Source of the DNA: Nitrospirota bacterium
GTDB lineage: Bacteria; JACPQY01
Assembly (NCBI GenBank): GCA_016180645.1
Contig: JACPAV010000004.1
Span: 31,544 to 95,543 of the forward strand
Direction: 5' to 3'
DNA: 64,000 nt
This document shows, piece after piece, positions 46,058 to 56,215 of the stretch. Each line of letters starts with the position of its first letter. Position 1 is the first letter of the stretch. The position numbers and the translations under genes were made by a program. The notes under the pieces are model-generated. The model did no database searches, was not told the origin of the DNA, and was given only the letters and a program-made list of their open reading frames with translations.

Positions 46058-46930
46058 TCAAAACGATTCGGAATTGCCAAGCTTGACCTGAGCAACGAAC
46101 TGATACGCCAGCAGGTTGATCCACGCCTGGGTCAGGACGTAGAGGAGCCGGTTGATCCAGTCGAAGCGGTTCCGCGCAAAGAACCTCGGCCAGATCAAGG
46201 GCCACGGAATGACGGAGCCCCAAAAGTGCTCGACCTGGAGGCCGCACGCGGCCAGCATTCGCAGGAACGTTGCCTGAGTGAAAAAGCGGAGATGTCCACG
46301 GTCCAGTATGCCGCGGTCCTGGTATTCGAACCTCCCCGTCAGGAGATGAAGCCGTACGTAGAGGTTCGCCACGTTGGGCACGGAGATGATCAGCCGGCCC
46401 CCGGGCTTCAGGGTTCGGAGGAAGTCTCGAAGGGTGGCCTCTGGCTCCGGGAGATGCTCCAGGATATCGGCCATCAGGATCAGGTCGAACGGTGGCTCAC
46501 CTTCCAGACTCCGGGTTGGGTGAGCCGCCAGATCCGACTCGTAGAAACGATCCCAAGCCTCATGCCCGGGAGTGGGAGGACGACTGTCCAGGCCGACGAC
46601 ATAGTGGGCTTGCGACCTCAGCTCGCGGGACAGGTAACCGTCTCCGCAGCCGACGTCGCAGATTCTGAGACGGGGAGGCATCGCTCGGACGGCGTTCAGA
46701 ACAAGCCGGTGACTGCTGCCGGAAAAATCCTTATAGACATATTGGCTGGAGGACGAAGACTCCTGGCTCACCCGATTAAGACGAAGACTCCGACCGCTGG
46801 AATGGGTAACCCGATATCTTCGATTGGATTCCGGTTTGACTTCCGTGATGATTTCCATGACGGATACGGGCATTGTATCCGGGGATGATTCCAGGTCAAT
46901 CGGCTTCCGAGGGGCTCGGGGATCAGACAT
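46058..46930 (-). CDS. Class I SAM-dependent methyltransferase
   Basis: Motif I ICDVGCGDGYLS, post-I DLILMADILEHL, and LKPGGRLIISVPN are present. Confidence 0.7.
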   Translation of the reverse strand: MSDPRAPRKPIDLESSPDTMPVSVMEIITEVKPESNRRYRVTHSSGRSLRLNRVSQESSSSSQYVYKDFSGSSHRLVLNAVRAMPPRLRICDVGCGDGYLSRELRSQAHYVVGLDSRPPTPGHEAWDRFYESDLAAHPTRSLEGEPPFDLILMADILEHLPEPEATLRDFLRTLKPGGRLIISVPNVANLYVRLHLLTGRFEYQDRGILDRGHLRFFTQATFLRMLAACGLQVEHFWGSVIPWPLIWPRFFARNRFDWINRLLYVLTQAWINLLAYQFVAQVKLGNSESF

Positions 46931-46946
46931 GGGAGTTGAGACTTTC
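46912..46946. repeat. 35-bp direct repeat (copy 2) overlapping the methyltransferase start codon
   Basis: CGGGGATCAGACATGGGAGTTGAGACTTTCGGA; see 43126-43160. Confidence 0.7.
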
Positions 46947-47035
46947 GGAGGCCGGCGTGGGATGTGTCAGAGTCTTTCTGCGGAACTTCTGCGCATGCCT
47001 TCATCATCACCTGCATGCACAGGCAGGTCAAGAGG

Positions 47036-47668
47036 TTACTTGGCCAGCCAGATGAAGTCGCGCTGGGCGCCGGAGTGACAGGAGGTGCAGGACCCGCTTT
47101 TGCCGGAGGATTGCTGCGCCACGACCCGGCCGGTCCCGTTGAACTCCACCCACACCCAATCGCCCGCCTCGGGATTGAATCCTTCCCCTTTTTGTATTGC
47201 GGCAACGATTTTCAACTCACCCTTGCCGGCCGGATCCTTGTTCGCGTAGATGTACTTGACGATCGTGGTGCCGTTCGGCATCGGACCGGTAAGACCAGGT
47301 TGGATTGCCGCCTCCGATTCGGGATTCACATACACGTTCTCCACACCCAATCCATGAGCGGAGGACGTGCCCAAGCGCGGCCACTCGTATCCCGGCAGGA
47401 GTTTCCAGTTCGCGGGAGGGTCTGCCTCAAGAAGACGCGCCCAGAGCGCCTCTGCGGTGGGCTTGGTGGGGCTAGAAGGGGCGGTTGTGGTCGATGAAGA
47501 GTCTGTCCCGGTCGGTCCAAGCCCGGTCGAAGCGGTGGGGGTCTCCGCACTTGTCGGCAATTCGCCGGGCGAAGCGTTGGGTTCGTCCTCGTCCGAGCAG
47601 GACGCAAGAATAAATCCGGCCGCGATGACGGCGGAAAGGAGGATCGGAAATTTGATACCCGCGCGCAT
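47036..47668 (-). CDS. Lipoprotein with C-terminal CxxCH haem-binding motif (cytochrome P460-like)
   Basis: Lipobox FILASCS. Ser/Thr/Pro-rich linker. C-terminal ~150-aa domain ends with GSCTSCHSG (CxxCH) near the C-terminus, as in cytochrome P460-family proteins. Confidence 0.45.
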   Translation of the reverse strand: MRAGIKFPILLSAVIAAGFILASCSDEDEPNASPGELPTSAETPTASTGLGPTGTDSSSTTTAPSSPTKPTAEALWARLLEADPPANWKLLPGYEWPRLGTSSAHGLGVENVYVNPESEAAIQPGLTGPMPNGTTIVKYIYANKDPAGKGELKIVAAIQKGEGFNPEAGDWVWVEFNGTGRVVAQQSSGKSGSCTSCHSGAQRDFIWLAK

Positions 47669-47923
47669 CTACGCGGATGGGGGAGAATCAGCAAAAGCGT
47701 GGATCTCGAGTCCCAAGAGCGTCAGAGTGGTGTTCTCGAGGTAGACGAGAACGCGGAGATTTGGTTCCAGAACCGGCGGCGAGTCGGGAACGGGGCTCAC
47801 GGCGTCTTCCGTCGATCCCGAAAGGTCATTCTCCTGAGACATAGGTGAAGTTGGAGAATGGTAACAGGGACTGCGCCGATCCACAATCGAGATCGGAAGA
47901 ACGTGGTCGAGGCGATCCCAGAG

Positions 47924-50293
47924 CTACGACCTGTGAATTCGTGCCTTTCGGCGGGCCATCAGGGGGAAGAGCAGAATGAAGGAGTAAGGGAGCAGGCCGG
48001 GGAGTGAGAGACGAGCGCCGGTCCCAATGGATTGGCACGCGCAGGAGGAGGTGCTTTCTGCATGACCCTGGGGCTTTCCGGGGACGAGGCCGTAGAAGAA
48101 AGCCGCCGTGAGATAGCTGAGCGTGGCCTCCCACACATGCGGTTGCGCCACGTGCATCTCGTAGTCGAGCGAACCGTTGCCGTCCACATCGCGCACGACG
48201 AAAACTTCGCCGTAGTGCTCGGTATCGGGCGTCGGCACTTCCGTGAGGAGAGTCCGGATAACCGGTTCGAGTTTGGCGCCGCGCTCCGCATCGTCTTTCC
48301 AGAGCAGGGCGAGCGCCGCGGTGGCCTTGCCGAGATAGGCCCCATCACCCTTCTTCTGGAAAAACGGGAGCATTTCGTTGAACACATAGTCCGAGTGGGA
48401 CCGCATGCGTGGATCGTCGAAGGGAAGAAACTCGGTGGGCCAGATCAGCCACGCTCCGGCGCCGGTGCCTCCGCCGAAATGGCCGCCGTCCGTCTTGTAG
48501 AACTCCCGAGCGATCGCTTGCTCCAGCTCCGTGACCCGGTTCTGCCATGAGGCCAGCCGAGCCGCGTCTTCGCCCATAATCGGTGCGACTCGCACCGCGG
48601 CCTTGAGTCCGGCCAGCACAGCCGTCGCCCCATGAATGGTTTGGAAGTTGCCGGGGTTGTCATCCTCTTCCGCGGGACACTGGAGTCCGTTCGAAGCGTC
48701 ACGGCATGCCGTCAGAAGATCCGCGGCCACTTGAATCGTCGGGTAGACCTTATCGAGATAGGCTTTTTGTTGAGTCCCGCTCAGGAAATCGGAGTGCGCA
48801 GCGAGGGTCCACAATCCGAACCCCGCTTCATCGATTTCGAAATCGAAGATTCCGCCCGGCCGCCCATCGGCGTAGTAGTTCATGGCGAAACTTCCCGCGG
48901 GTGCCTGATTCGTGCCGAAACGATCCTGCCCATCTCTCTTGCGGATCACGCGGACGTAGAACTCGTTGTGCTTCTCCACCATTTCGGGGTAGCCGGCTAG
49001 ATCGAGGGTGTGATTGAAAAATGCGCCGTCCCGCGGCCAGTCTTCGCCGTACGGTGGCTGATTCGTGATTGAGGCGACCATCGCGCCACTCTCGCGGTCG
49101 GTCGCGATTTTCAGGGAGATAAGAGCGCGCTTGGATACACTCAGGATTTTTTCATCCGAGGTGTTGGGCAGCGCGGCCCGGCTGAGCCATTTCTCCCACC
49201 ACTTCTGCGTTACGTCCCGCTGGCTTAGGACGGACTGCCCAACGGCACGGGACCAAAGCCCGAGTGAATCGGATGCCTTCCCGGCCACCGCGAAAACGAG
49301 GGTGATCTCCGGCGAGGTGGAATCTACATCGTAAAGAAGCCCCAGCGCGGCCGGGCCGGTCACAACGTAAGTGTCATTTGGAGTGGCATCGAAAGGTACG
49401 ACGGAAGCTTCCCAATCTTCGAAGAGCAGGTGGCCCGAAGGCTTCTTGGACGAACCTAGAGTCCACCACACATCCTCGGTGTGGAGCAGGTTGTAGGGAC
49501 CCGCGCTTGTGGCCGGATGAAACATGATGTCCGCCTGATCGAGAAACCGCTTGATGGAGGCGGCGTCGTTTGAGGGCAATTTCGAGAAATCCCGGTTTGC
49601 CGGCTTGAACGAGACGAATCTTCCACCTCCCTCGTCATACACCGTCGCGTATCCCTCCAGTTCGTCTTCGGTCCAGCACTTCGTGGGCAAAAAAGTGACC
49701 TTGGACGTGCATGGGGCCATGTTGGCGAGATAGATGAGTTGTGCGCCGGTCGCCGCGGAGTCAGGGTCTCGATCGATGCGATAGGAACGAATGAGAACGT
49801 CATCATCCGGCTTGACGAAATCCGTGCCGGTGACGGTGAGACCGAGGGAATTGTTTCGATATTCGGTGATGATGATGGGGGTGTCGGAGGAGAAATACCG
49901 CTGAGCGCGGGTCCAATGCGCGTCTCTCAGCCACGTGAGAGTTTCACCGCCCGACGTATGAACCTTGAGGCCCGCGAACGATCCCCACAGTTCTTCTGCC
50001 CCATAATTCTCGTCGTAGTCCTCGATCTCTTCGAGTCCCGGCATCGGCGTACGGTAGTTCAAGTGGTCGAAATAGCTCGGGCTGGGCCATTTGAGGACGA
50101 CCAGCTCTCCACGTTTGGAGATGCCGACGGACAGCCCGCCGTTCCCGCTCACCGCATTCACCGTCGTGATCCCGAAACTCCGTTCCACCCCCGGAAGAGG
50201 TGTGGAACGGGCCTCCCGAATCGGTCCAAGGCCCAAGACGAATGTGACAGTCGTGAAGAGCCGGCATGCGTGGGCGGTCCAAGAAAGGGCCAT
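47924..50293 (-). CDS. Secreted GH15-like (alpha/alpha)6 glycoside hydrolase with putative C-terminal sorting signal
   Basis: Signal peptide MALSWTAHACRLFTTVTFVLG. GEDWPRDGAFF resembles the GH15 glucoamylase WGRPQRDG catalytic-region motif. The C-terminus SSCACQSIGTGARLSLPGLLPYSFILLFPLMARRKARIHRS (Cys-containing motif + TM + Arg-rich tail) resembles MYXO-CTERM-type sorting tags. Confidence 0.5.
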   Translation of the reverse strand: MALSWTAHACRLFTTVTFVLGLGPIREARSTPLPGVERSFGITTVNAVSGNGGLSVGISKRGELVVLKWPSPSYFDHLNYRTPMPGLEEIEDYDENYGAEELWGSFAGLKVHTSGGETLTWLRDAHWTRAQRYFSSDTPIIITEYRNNSLGLTVTGTDFVKPDDDVLIRSYRIDRDPDSAATGAQLIYLANMAPCTSKVTFLPTKCWTEDELEGYATVYDEGGGRFVSFKPANRDFSKLPSNDAASIKRFLDQADIMFHPATSAGPYNLLHTEDVWWTLGSSKKPSGHLLFEDWEASVVPFDATPNDTYVVTGPAALGLLYDVDSTSPEITLVFAVAGKASDSLGLWSRAVGQSVLSQRDVTQKWWEKWLSRAALPNTSDEKILSVSKRALISLKIATDRESGAMVASITNQPPYGEDWPRDGAFFNHTLDLAGYPEMVEKHNEFYVRVIRKRDGQDRFGTNQAPAGSFAMNYYADGRPGGIFDFEIDEAGFGLWTLAAHSDFLSGTQQKAYLDKVYPTIQVAADLLTACRDASNGLQCPAEEDDNPGNFQTIHGATAVLAGLKAAVRVAPIMGEDAARLASWQNRVTELEQAIAREFYKTDGGHFGGGTGAGAWLIWPTEFLPFDDPRMRSHSDYVFNEMLPFFQKKGDGAYLGKATAALALLWKDDAERGAKLEPVIRTLLTEVPTPDTEHYGEVFVVRDVDGNGSLDYEMHVAQPHVWEATLSYLTAAFFYGLVPGKPQGHAESTSSCACQSIGTGARLSLPGLLPYSFILLFPLMARRKARIHRS

Positions 50294-50386
50294 CCGGGCA
50301 TCTTAGGGTGGCCCGGCGACGCAGTAAAGAGTTTCCTCGTTTTCGGCTTGCGCGGGAAGGGGGACGTGCGTAGGATAGCGCCACTC

Positions 50387-52615
50387 ATGAGGCGTGGACT
50401 CTGTGTCGCTGTTCTTCTCGCGGCCCTCTCCCCCGCGTGCGGCAAGTCCGAACGCCTCGCCTTCGAGCCGGCCTTCCAATTCGACCCGTCCGCCAAGCGG
50501 AACTTTGTTCCCTTCCCCATCGATCTCATGACGCGCGCGGACTCCTCCTCGCGGACCGGCGTTCGGCTCAACATCACCGCGGGGATGAATCGGGATATGG
50601 ACCGGATGCTGGCAGGTCGCGATACGCTCATCGGCTACGAAGCCATCTCCCCCGTGGTCCACAAGCTGAGCTTCGAAGGCATCCGGAACCAGATGAACGC
50701 GCTCGATGGGTTCGGACTGCTCTCGCCGATCATCGCGCCCGTCTCCGCACCGGTGGACTTGGCCGGCCTGCCCGCGCTGGAAGCTTCGACCACTCCGGAA
50801 AGCCCGATCTGGATCGTAGACACCACGAATTGGGTGCAGGGATCGAGCATTGATCTCACGACGCAGCGGATCGCGTTTTCGTCTCGCTGGGAGCCCTCCG
50901 GATATCAAGTCATCCTCGATCCCCTCCTTCCTCTCAAAGGGGGGCACAAGTACACCGTCGTCCTCCGGCGTACCCTCCAAGATCGCTCGGGCCGCGGACT
51001 CTCGATGCCATCGGACTATCGGAAGCTCATCGATGGAAACCTGACGGCATCGGGTGACGCCGCCACCTACACCGCGCGCATGAAGTCCTTTCACAATGAA
51101 ATCCTTTCCCGCTCCGTTTCCGATGCCGTTCTAGCCTTCGAGTTCACCACGATGTCGGGCGCCGACGACGTGGTCAACGCCGTAAAGAACCTTGGGGCCG
51201 CTCCCCTGCCGTCCATTGACAACGTCGAAGCCATCGCCTTGGCCGACCTACCCTCCATTATCTTCGGCCCCTCATCCGGAACGCATCCCGACCATCTTGC
51301 CGAAGTGTCCACGCTCGTCCGCGGCACCTTCCGCTCTCTGGATTTCCGAGGGAGCGACGAACTCATGCCCGACCGGATTGAAACGGGGGACGCCCTTCCC
51401 TCTGCCACACAGGAAATTCAATTTCTTCTCGCTCTGCCGAAGTCCGCCCGCCCCGCCTCGGGGTATCCCATCGTCATCATGCAACACGGACTCGACTCGC
51501 AGAAATTCAAGGAGGATAAGTGGCTTCGATTCGTGAACCGGCTCGCCACCGAAGGGGTCGCCGTCATCGGCATCGATGCCATCCGCCACGCGTTCCGAGC
51601 GAGAGAGGATTTGAAGGATACTCCCGGCATCATCAACTGGGCGCTGGATCTGATCGATTTCTCCAACCCCCTCCGCACGAGGGACAGCATCCGCCAGAAC
51701 TTCCTCGACCTCTGGCAACTTTCGAACAAAGCCCTCCCGGCGTTGAATGCGGTATCGCTGCCGACCTGCGGCGCGTCGTGTTTCGATCTCACTCGCAAGG
51801 GCTACGCGGGCGAGTCGCTCGGAGGCATCCTCGGAGCCGGGTTCACGTCGATCGATACCTCGCTGAGGGCTTCCGTGCTCTATGTCGGCGGCGGAGAGCT
51901 TACGCAACTCGTCCGGGGCGATGCGGAGAACCGCTACCTATTCCTCCTGGGCGTCGCCGAGAACTGCGTGAAGATTCTCCTCCCGGGCGGCAAACCCGAC
52001 AACACGTGCGGAGTCAAGAATCCATTGGCTTTCGAGTTCTCGGATTCCCCCGCGGCTGAAAATCTTTTCTTCACGGCGGCCCAGATGCTGATCGACAAGT
52101 CCGATCCCGCCGTCATGGCCGCCGGGAAGTATCGCCAACCTTTCTTCGAAGCCAATCTCTCGAATTCCCTCCTGATGGTCGAATCGGTGGAGGAAAAGAC
52201 CGTCACGAACGTCTCCACCGAAGTCCTGGCCGTATCCTTTGGGGTTCCCCATCTAGGTACGGTGGCCCATGACGTTCCGGGACTGCCGAAGATCGACCAG
52301 CGCAACTGTCCGACAAGCGGCGCGGGCGCAGCCTCCGGCGCCGTCCCGCTTGATGGCACCCCGCCTTCAGTGGCCTCCCATCGTGGTCAGCCCGGAGGGC
52401 GGGGTACCGCACCATCCATGGCTGGCATCCAGCCAGTCGCGGGACGGCTGAGCCCTCCTGGCGCCGTTTGCGGATTCGTCCAAATTCCGGTCCCCGACTC
52501 CGAAAAGAAAGATGCCCACGTCTATCCGCTCACCTCCGCTGAGGGATCGAAGATGGGGGCGGACTTCCTGGTTTCGGCGCTCATGGCCGGCAGCGCAAAG
52601 ATCACCCCACCGTGA
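50387..52615 (+). CDS. Alpha/beta-hydrolase lipoprotein (lipase/esterase-like)
   Basis: Start MRRGLCVAVLLAALSPACGKSE has a lipobox. GYAGESLGGILGAGF carries GxSxG. It is 743 aa. The C-terminal G/P/A-rich linker contains an in-frame copy of the family B repeat (52397-52449). Confidence 0.55.
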   Translation: MRRGLCVAVLLAALSPACGKSERLAFEPAFQFDPSAKRNFVPFPIDLMTRADSSSRTGVRLNITAGMNRDMDRMLAGRDTLIGYEAISPVVHKLSFEGIRNQMNALDGFGLLSPIIAPVSAPVDLAGLPALEASTTPESPIWIVDTTNWVQGSSIDLTTQRIAFSSRWEPSGYQVILDPLLPLKGGHKYTVVLRRTLQDRSGRGLSMPSDYRKLIDGNLTASGDAATYTARMKSFHNEILSRSVSDAVLAFEFTTMSGADDVVNAVKNLGAAPLPSIDNVEAIALADLPSIIFGPSSGTHPDHLAEVSTLVRGTFRSLDFRGSDELMPDRIETGDALPSATQEIQFLLALPKSARPASGYPIVIMQHGLDSQKFKEDKWLRFVNRLATEGVAVIGIDAIRHAFRAREDLKDTPGIINWALDLIDFSNPLRTRDSIRQNFLDLWQLSNKALPALNAVSLPTCGASCFDLTRKGYAGESLGGILGAGFTSIDTSLRASVLYVGGGELTQLVRGDAENRYLFLLGVAENCVKILLPGGKPDNTCGVKNPLAFEFSDSPAAENLFFTAAQMLIDKSDPAVMAAGKYRQPFFEANLSNSLLMVESVEEKTVTNVSTEVLAVSFGVPHLGTVAHDVPGLPKIDQRNCPTSGAGAASGAVPLDGTPPSVASHRGQPGGRGTAPSMAGIQPVAGRLSPPGAVCGFVQIPVPDSEKKDAHVYPLTSAEGSKMGADFLVSALMAGSAKITPP
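52397..52449. repeat. Family B repeat element copy embedded in-frame inside the lipase-like CDS
   Basis: The 31-mer GGGCGGGGTACCGCACCATCCATGGCTGGCA is identical to 11481-11511 and is followed by a shared GGGACGGCT. It encodes ...RGTAPSMAGIQPVAGRLS... in the host protein. Confidence 0.75.
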
Positions 52616-52673
52616 GATGAAATTGTGAAGGGTGATGCGTGAAGAGTGAAGTGAAGCTCCAAGAGAGTGAAGG

Positions 52674-54185
52674 GTGAAGTCTGAAGTGAAGCTCCGCCTT
52701 GGAGTTCTGCTGCTTCTTGTTCTCATCACTCATCACGCATCGCTCATCACCGCCGCTTCGGCGAACGGCTTGTACGTGGCCGACAACGGTCCAAAGGCGA
52801 TGGGAATGGGCGGCGCCTTCACGGCGCGGCCGACCGATGCCTTTGCCCTCTATTACAATCCCGCGGGGCTGAGTGCGCTGCGTCACCGCGAGGCCTATCT
52901 CTCTTTGGGCGGGCTCTTCTGGCAATCGAGCTTTGCGAGGAAGCCCGCGTCGGATGCGACAGGTCCCGACAGCACGACCACCTATCCGTATGGGACGAAT
53001 TTTCCCAGGGTGGACAACGAAGCGTTGCCCACGCCCTTGCCGGCCGCGTTCCTCGTCTGGCCGTTCGCGTGGCACCGCCTCACCTTGGGCGGGGGCTTCA
53101 TGACGCCCGTCGGTCCGCTCTTCCTCGAATACCCGGAGGACGGCCCTCAGCGATTCATGATCATCGACAGCGCCAGAACGGAATCCTACGTGATGCTGGG
53201 CGGCGCGGGCGAACTGTTCAAGGGACTCTCCTTCGGAGGCGTATTCATCCTAGACAGTGTCACTCTCAAGCTCCGCCAGGCCATCCTGGCCTCCGCGCAT
53301 ACGACGGAAAGTCCGGCCCGGGAGGGCCTCGCCGAACTGAATGTGGACAAGTTCGCCGAACCCACGTTCATCGTGGGGGGACGCTACGCCACCGACAAAC
53401 TCTCCGTGGGCGTCGCCTACCAACGTGGGTCGGACCTGCAATTGAAAGGCACTCTCGACGCTCGGATTCAAACACAGCTCAACCAGATTCTCGGCATGAG
53501 CATGTTCGGGGAGCAACCGGTATCGATCAGGACAACCAAGGACGTCAGTGTCATGCTGAGAACCCCCCACGTTGTCCGGTCCGGACTGGGTTATCAATTC
53601 GGCAAGTTCTACAGCGAGTTGGATTTTGACTATTGGCAATGGAGCCGATTCAAGGAGTTCCGGATCGACATCGCCGATACATCCCTGCCCCTCGATCCGC
53701 CGCTGAATATCGGCGTCAGCCTGGCCGGATTCGAAGTCCAGCAATCCCTCTCGGACCTGAGCCTTGAAGACCGCGTCATCCCGCAGCCCTTGAAGGATAC
53801 GATGGACTTGAGATGGGGAGGCGAGTACCACTGGTCCGAACCGCTCGACCTCCGGGCGGGAATCCACTACCAGCCCGGCGCCGTTCCCACCCGGGACTTG
53901 ACCCCGCTCACTTTCGACGCGCAGACGGTCGGCCTCACCGCCGGATGCACCCGGCGATTCGGACGGTTCTACCTGGACGCATCTGCCGCCGCTTACCTCA
54001 TGGCCACTCGGAAGGTGGAACACAGCGAAATCACCGGTTACAACGGCCTGACAGGGAGCGATCCCACAACGAAAGATCTGATGGAGAAACTCCTTGGCTA
54101 CGACGTCGAAGATCCCGTGGTCGGGAACGGGACGTTTGCCGGAAGCGCGTACCTGCTCTACCTTGGAGCGGGTTATCAGTTTTGA
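52674..54185 (+). CDS. FadL/TodX-family outer-membrane transporter (second copy)
   Basis: GTG start. Signal LRLGVLLLLVLITHHASLITAASA. N-terminal hatch GGAFTARPTDAFALYYNPAGLS. Ends ...LLYLGAGYQF. Confidence 0.7.
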   Translation: MKSEVKLRLGVLLLLVLITHHASLITAASANGLYVADNGPKAMGMGGAFTARPTDAFALYYNPAGLSALRHREAYLSLGGLFWQSSFARKPASDATGPDSTTTYPYGTNFPRVDNEALPTPLPAAFLVWPFAWHRLTLGGGFMTPVGPLFLEYPEDGPQRFMIIDSARTESYVMLGGAGELFKGLSFGGVFILDSVTLKLRQAILASAHTTESPAREGLAELNVDKFAEPTFIVGGRYATDKLSVGVAYQRGSDLQLKGTLDARIQTQLNQILGMSMFGEQPVSIRTTKDVSVMLRTPHVVRSGLGYQFGKFYSELDFDYWQWSRFKEFRIDIADTSLPLDPPLNIGVSLAGFEVQQSLSDLSLEDRVIPQPLKDTMDLRWGGEYHWSEPLDLRAGIHYQPGAVPTRDLTPLTFDAQTVGLTAGCTRRFGRFYLDASAAAYLMATRKVEHSEITGYNGLTGSDPTTKDLMEKLLGYDVEDPVVGNGTFAGSAYLLYLGAGYQF

Positions 54186-54373
54186 CGGAGAATTCGAGCA
54201 GGTTCTGAGATTCGGACGGCGCCAAGTTGCCGAAACCGCCCCGTGACCGGCCGGATGCCGCAAAACGGGGGGTGGAAAGGAAGCTTCTTCCTCCCGCGCG
54301 GCAAGAAATGCCGCGAATTGTTAAAGAACTACTTGAAACGACCGTAGTTCTGTACTAACATGGAGGTCCGCAC

Positions 54374-55372
54374 ATGGCGGTGACGGAATTCAAGGGACTG
54401 GAAAAAGTCGCGATCCTTCTCGTGGCTTGGGGTGAAGAGGTGACGGCCAACGTCCTCAAGAACATGAAAGAAGCGGATGTGCAGGACCTTACCTTGGCCA
54501 TGTCCACCGTGCAGGGTATGCGACAGGAAGTCGTCGAGAAAGTCGCCAAGGAATTCTACGACGACATCGCCAAGGGCCAGATCATGAGTTCCGACTACAA
54601 TTTCATCCGGAACTCGCTCGTGAAGGCGCTGGGTGAGGACAAGGCCGCCGAACTCATGGAAGGCCTCTTCTTCGCGGATCAGGAAGCCCGGCTCGTTATT
54701 CTCAACAAGCTGGACGCCAAGACGCTCCTCACTTTTCTGAAGAACGAACATCCGCAAACCGTCGCCGTCATCTTGGCGAACATGAACCCCAATCGGGCCG
54801 CGGAAGTGCTCACCGGGCTCCCCCCGGAACTCCAAAGTGATATTGTTAAGCGCGTGGCGAAACTGGAACGCATCTCCTCGGACATGGTCCGTGAAATCGA
54901 CCGCGCCCTGCACGACGAATTCCGCACCGGAGCCCTGGCGAGTGCGAAAGTGGGCGGCGTTCCCGCCGTGGCCGAGATGCTCAACCAGGTGGACCGGGCG
55001 GCGGAAGAGGACATCCTGGCGAAGATCGAGGAAGAAGACCCCGAGCTGGCCGAGTCGATCCGTCACCACATGTTCACCTTCGAGGATCTCATCTACATCG
55101 ACGACCGAGGCATGCAGGATCTCATGAAGGAGGTCAACCGCGAGGACCTCGTCAAGAGCATGAAGACCGGCTCTGAGGAGTTGAAAGAGAAAATCTTCCG
55201 GAACATGTCCAAACGCGCGGCGGAAATGGTCCGCGAGGAACTCAGCCTACTGGGGCCCATGCGGTTGAGCGACGTTGAGCGTGCACAGCGCGAAGTCATT
55301 CAAGTGGCCCGGCGGCTCCAGGACGAGGGGAAGATCGTGATCTCCAAGGGCGGAGGCGAGGCCCTCGTCTAG
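54374..55372 (+). CDS. fliG: Flagellar motor switch protein FliG
   Basis: 332 aa; ...AVILANMNPNRAAEVL..., the MFTFEDLIYIDDRGMQDLMKEV torque-helix region, and C-terminal EGKIVISKGGGE are typical FliG. RBS GGAGG. Confidence 0.9.
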   Translation: MAVTEFKGLEKVAILLVAWGEEVTANVLKNMKEADVQDLTLAMSTVQGMRQEVVEKVAKEFYDDIAKGQIMSSDYNFIRNSLVKALGEDKAAELMEGLFFADQEARLVILNKLDAKTLLTFLKNEHPQTVAVILANMNPNRAAEVLTGLPPELQSDIVKRVAKLERISSDMVREIDRALHDEFRTGALASAKVGGVPAVAEMLNQVDRAAEEDILAKIEEEDPELAESIRHHMFTFEDLIYIDDRGMQDLMKEVNREDLVKSMKTGSEELKEKIFRNMSKRAAEMVREELSLLGPMRLSDVERAQREVIQVARRLQDEGKIVISKGGGEALV

Positions 55373-55375
55373 CCT

Positions 55376-56215
55376 ATGGCGTCGATCATTCGCGCCGAGG
55401 AGGAAGGTCGGTACACGATCTACGGATATTTTCCTCCTGCCGTGGAGGTGGGCACACCGGCCCAGCCCTACCAGTTTCCGGTCATCATCATCCGCCCGGG
55501 CAAAGAGGCGGCGCCGAAATCCGAAGGGGAGGACGGGAAGGAGTCGCCCGCCGCTGCCCCGCCGGTCCCGGCAGGCCCCGCTACCCCCGCTCAGGAAGCG
55601 GAACGCACGGCGGATCTGATTCTCCGCGAGGCCAAGAAACAGGCGGACAAGATTCTCAGTCAGGCATGGCGCGAAGCCGAGCTCATCCAGGCCAGGGCGA
55701 GAGAGAGCGCCTTCGCCATCGGCCACGACGAGGGGTTCAAGGCCGGGCACGAAGAGGGATTCAACAAGATCAAGAAGGACTCAGAGCCCATTTTTCAGGC
55801 CCTCCAGGGGGCGGTGCAGAGGATGGTCAAGCTGGAATCGGAAATCCGCGTTCTGGTCGAGCAGCAATTCTGGCGGCTGGCCCTTAAGATCGCCCAGAAA
55901 ATCCTGAAGCGCGAGATCGATATCGCGTCTCCCGTGGTCGAAAACCTCCGGGAAGCCGTCAAACGGGCGGTCGATCTGAACCGGCTCGACATCCGCGTGC
56001 ACCCCGAAGACCTCGAACTGGTCCAACGCTACCGGCCGACCCTTCTGGCGGAAGTGGAAGGGATCAAGGCCATGCATATCCAGGCGGACGCCGCCCTCGC
56101 ACCGGGCGGCTGCATCGTTGAAACGAATTTTGGAGACATCGACGCCCGGATCGAAAGACAGCTTGCCGAACTCGAAAAAGATATCCAGGACGTCACACAC
56201 CCGCCCGCCGCGTAG
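55376..56215 (+). CDS. fliH: Flagellar assembly protein FliH
   Basis: Position between fliG and fliI. Coiled-coil N-region (ILREAKKQADKILSQAWREAELIQARARE) and a FliH/YscL-like C-domain. Confidence 0.7.
   Translation: MASIIRAEEEGRYTIYGYFPPAVEVGTPAQPYQFPVIIIRPGKEAAPKSEGEDGKESPAAAPPVPAGPATPAQEAERTADLILREAKKQADKILSQAWREAELIQARARESAFAIGHDEGFKAGHEEGFNKIKKDSEPIFQALQGAVQRMVKLESEIRVLVEQQFWRLALKIAQKILKREIDIASPVVENLREAVKRAVDLNRLDIRVHPEDLELVQRYRPTLLAEVEGIKAMHIQADAALAPGGCIVETNFGDIDARIERQLAELEKDIQDVTHPPAA

Noticed and set aside
54329-55069. 246-aa minus ORF opposite fliG, and 56427-57416 minus ORF opposite fliI
   Set aside because: Antisense to canonical flagellar genes.
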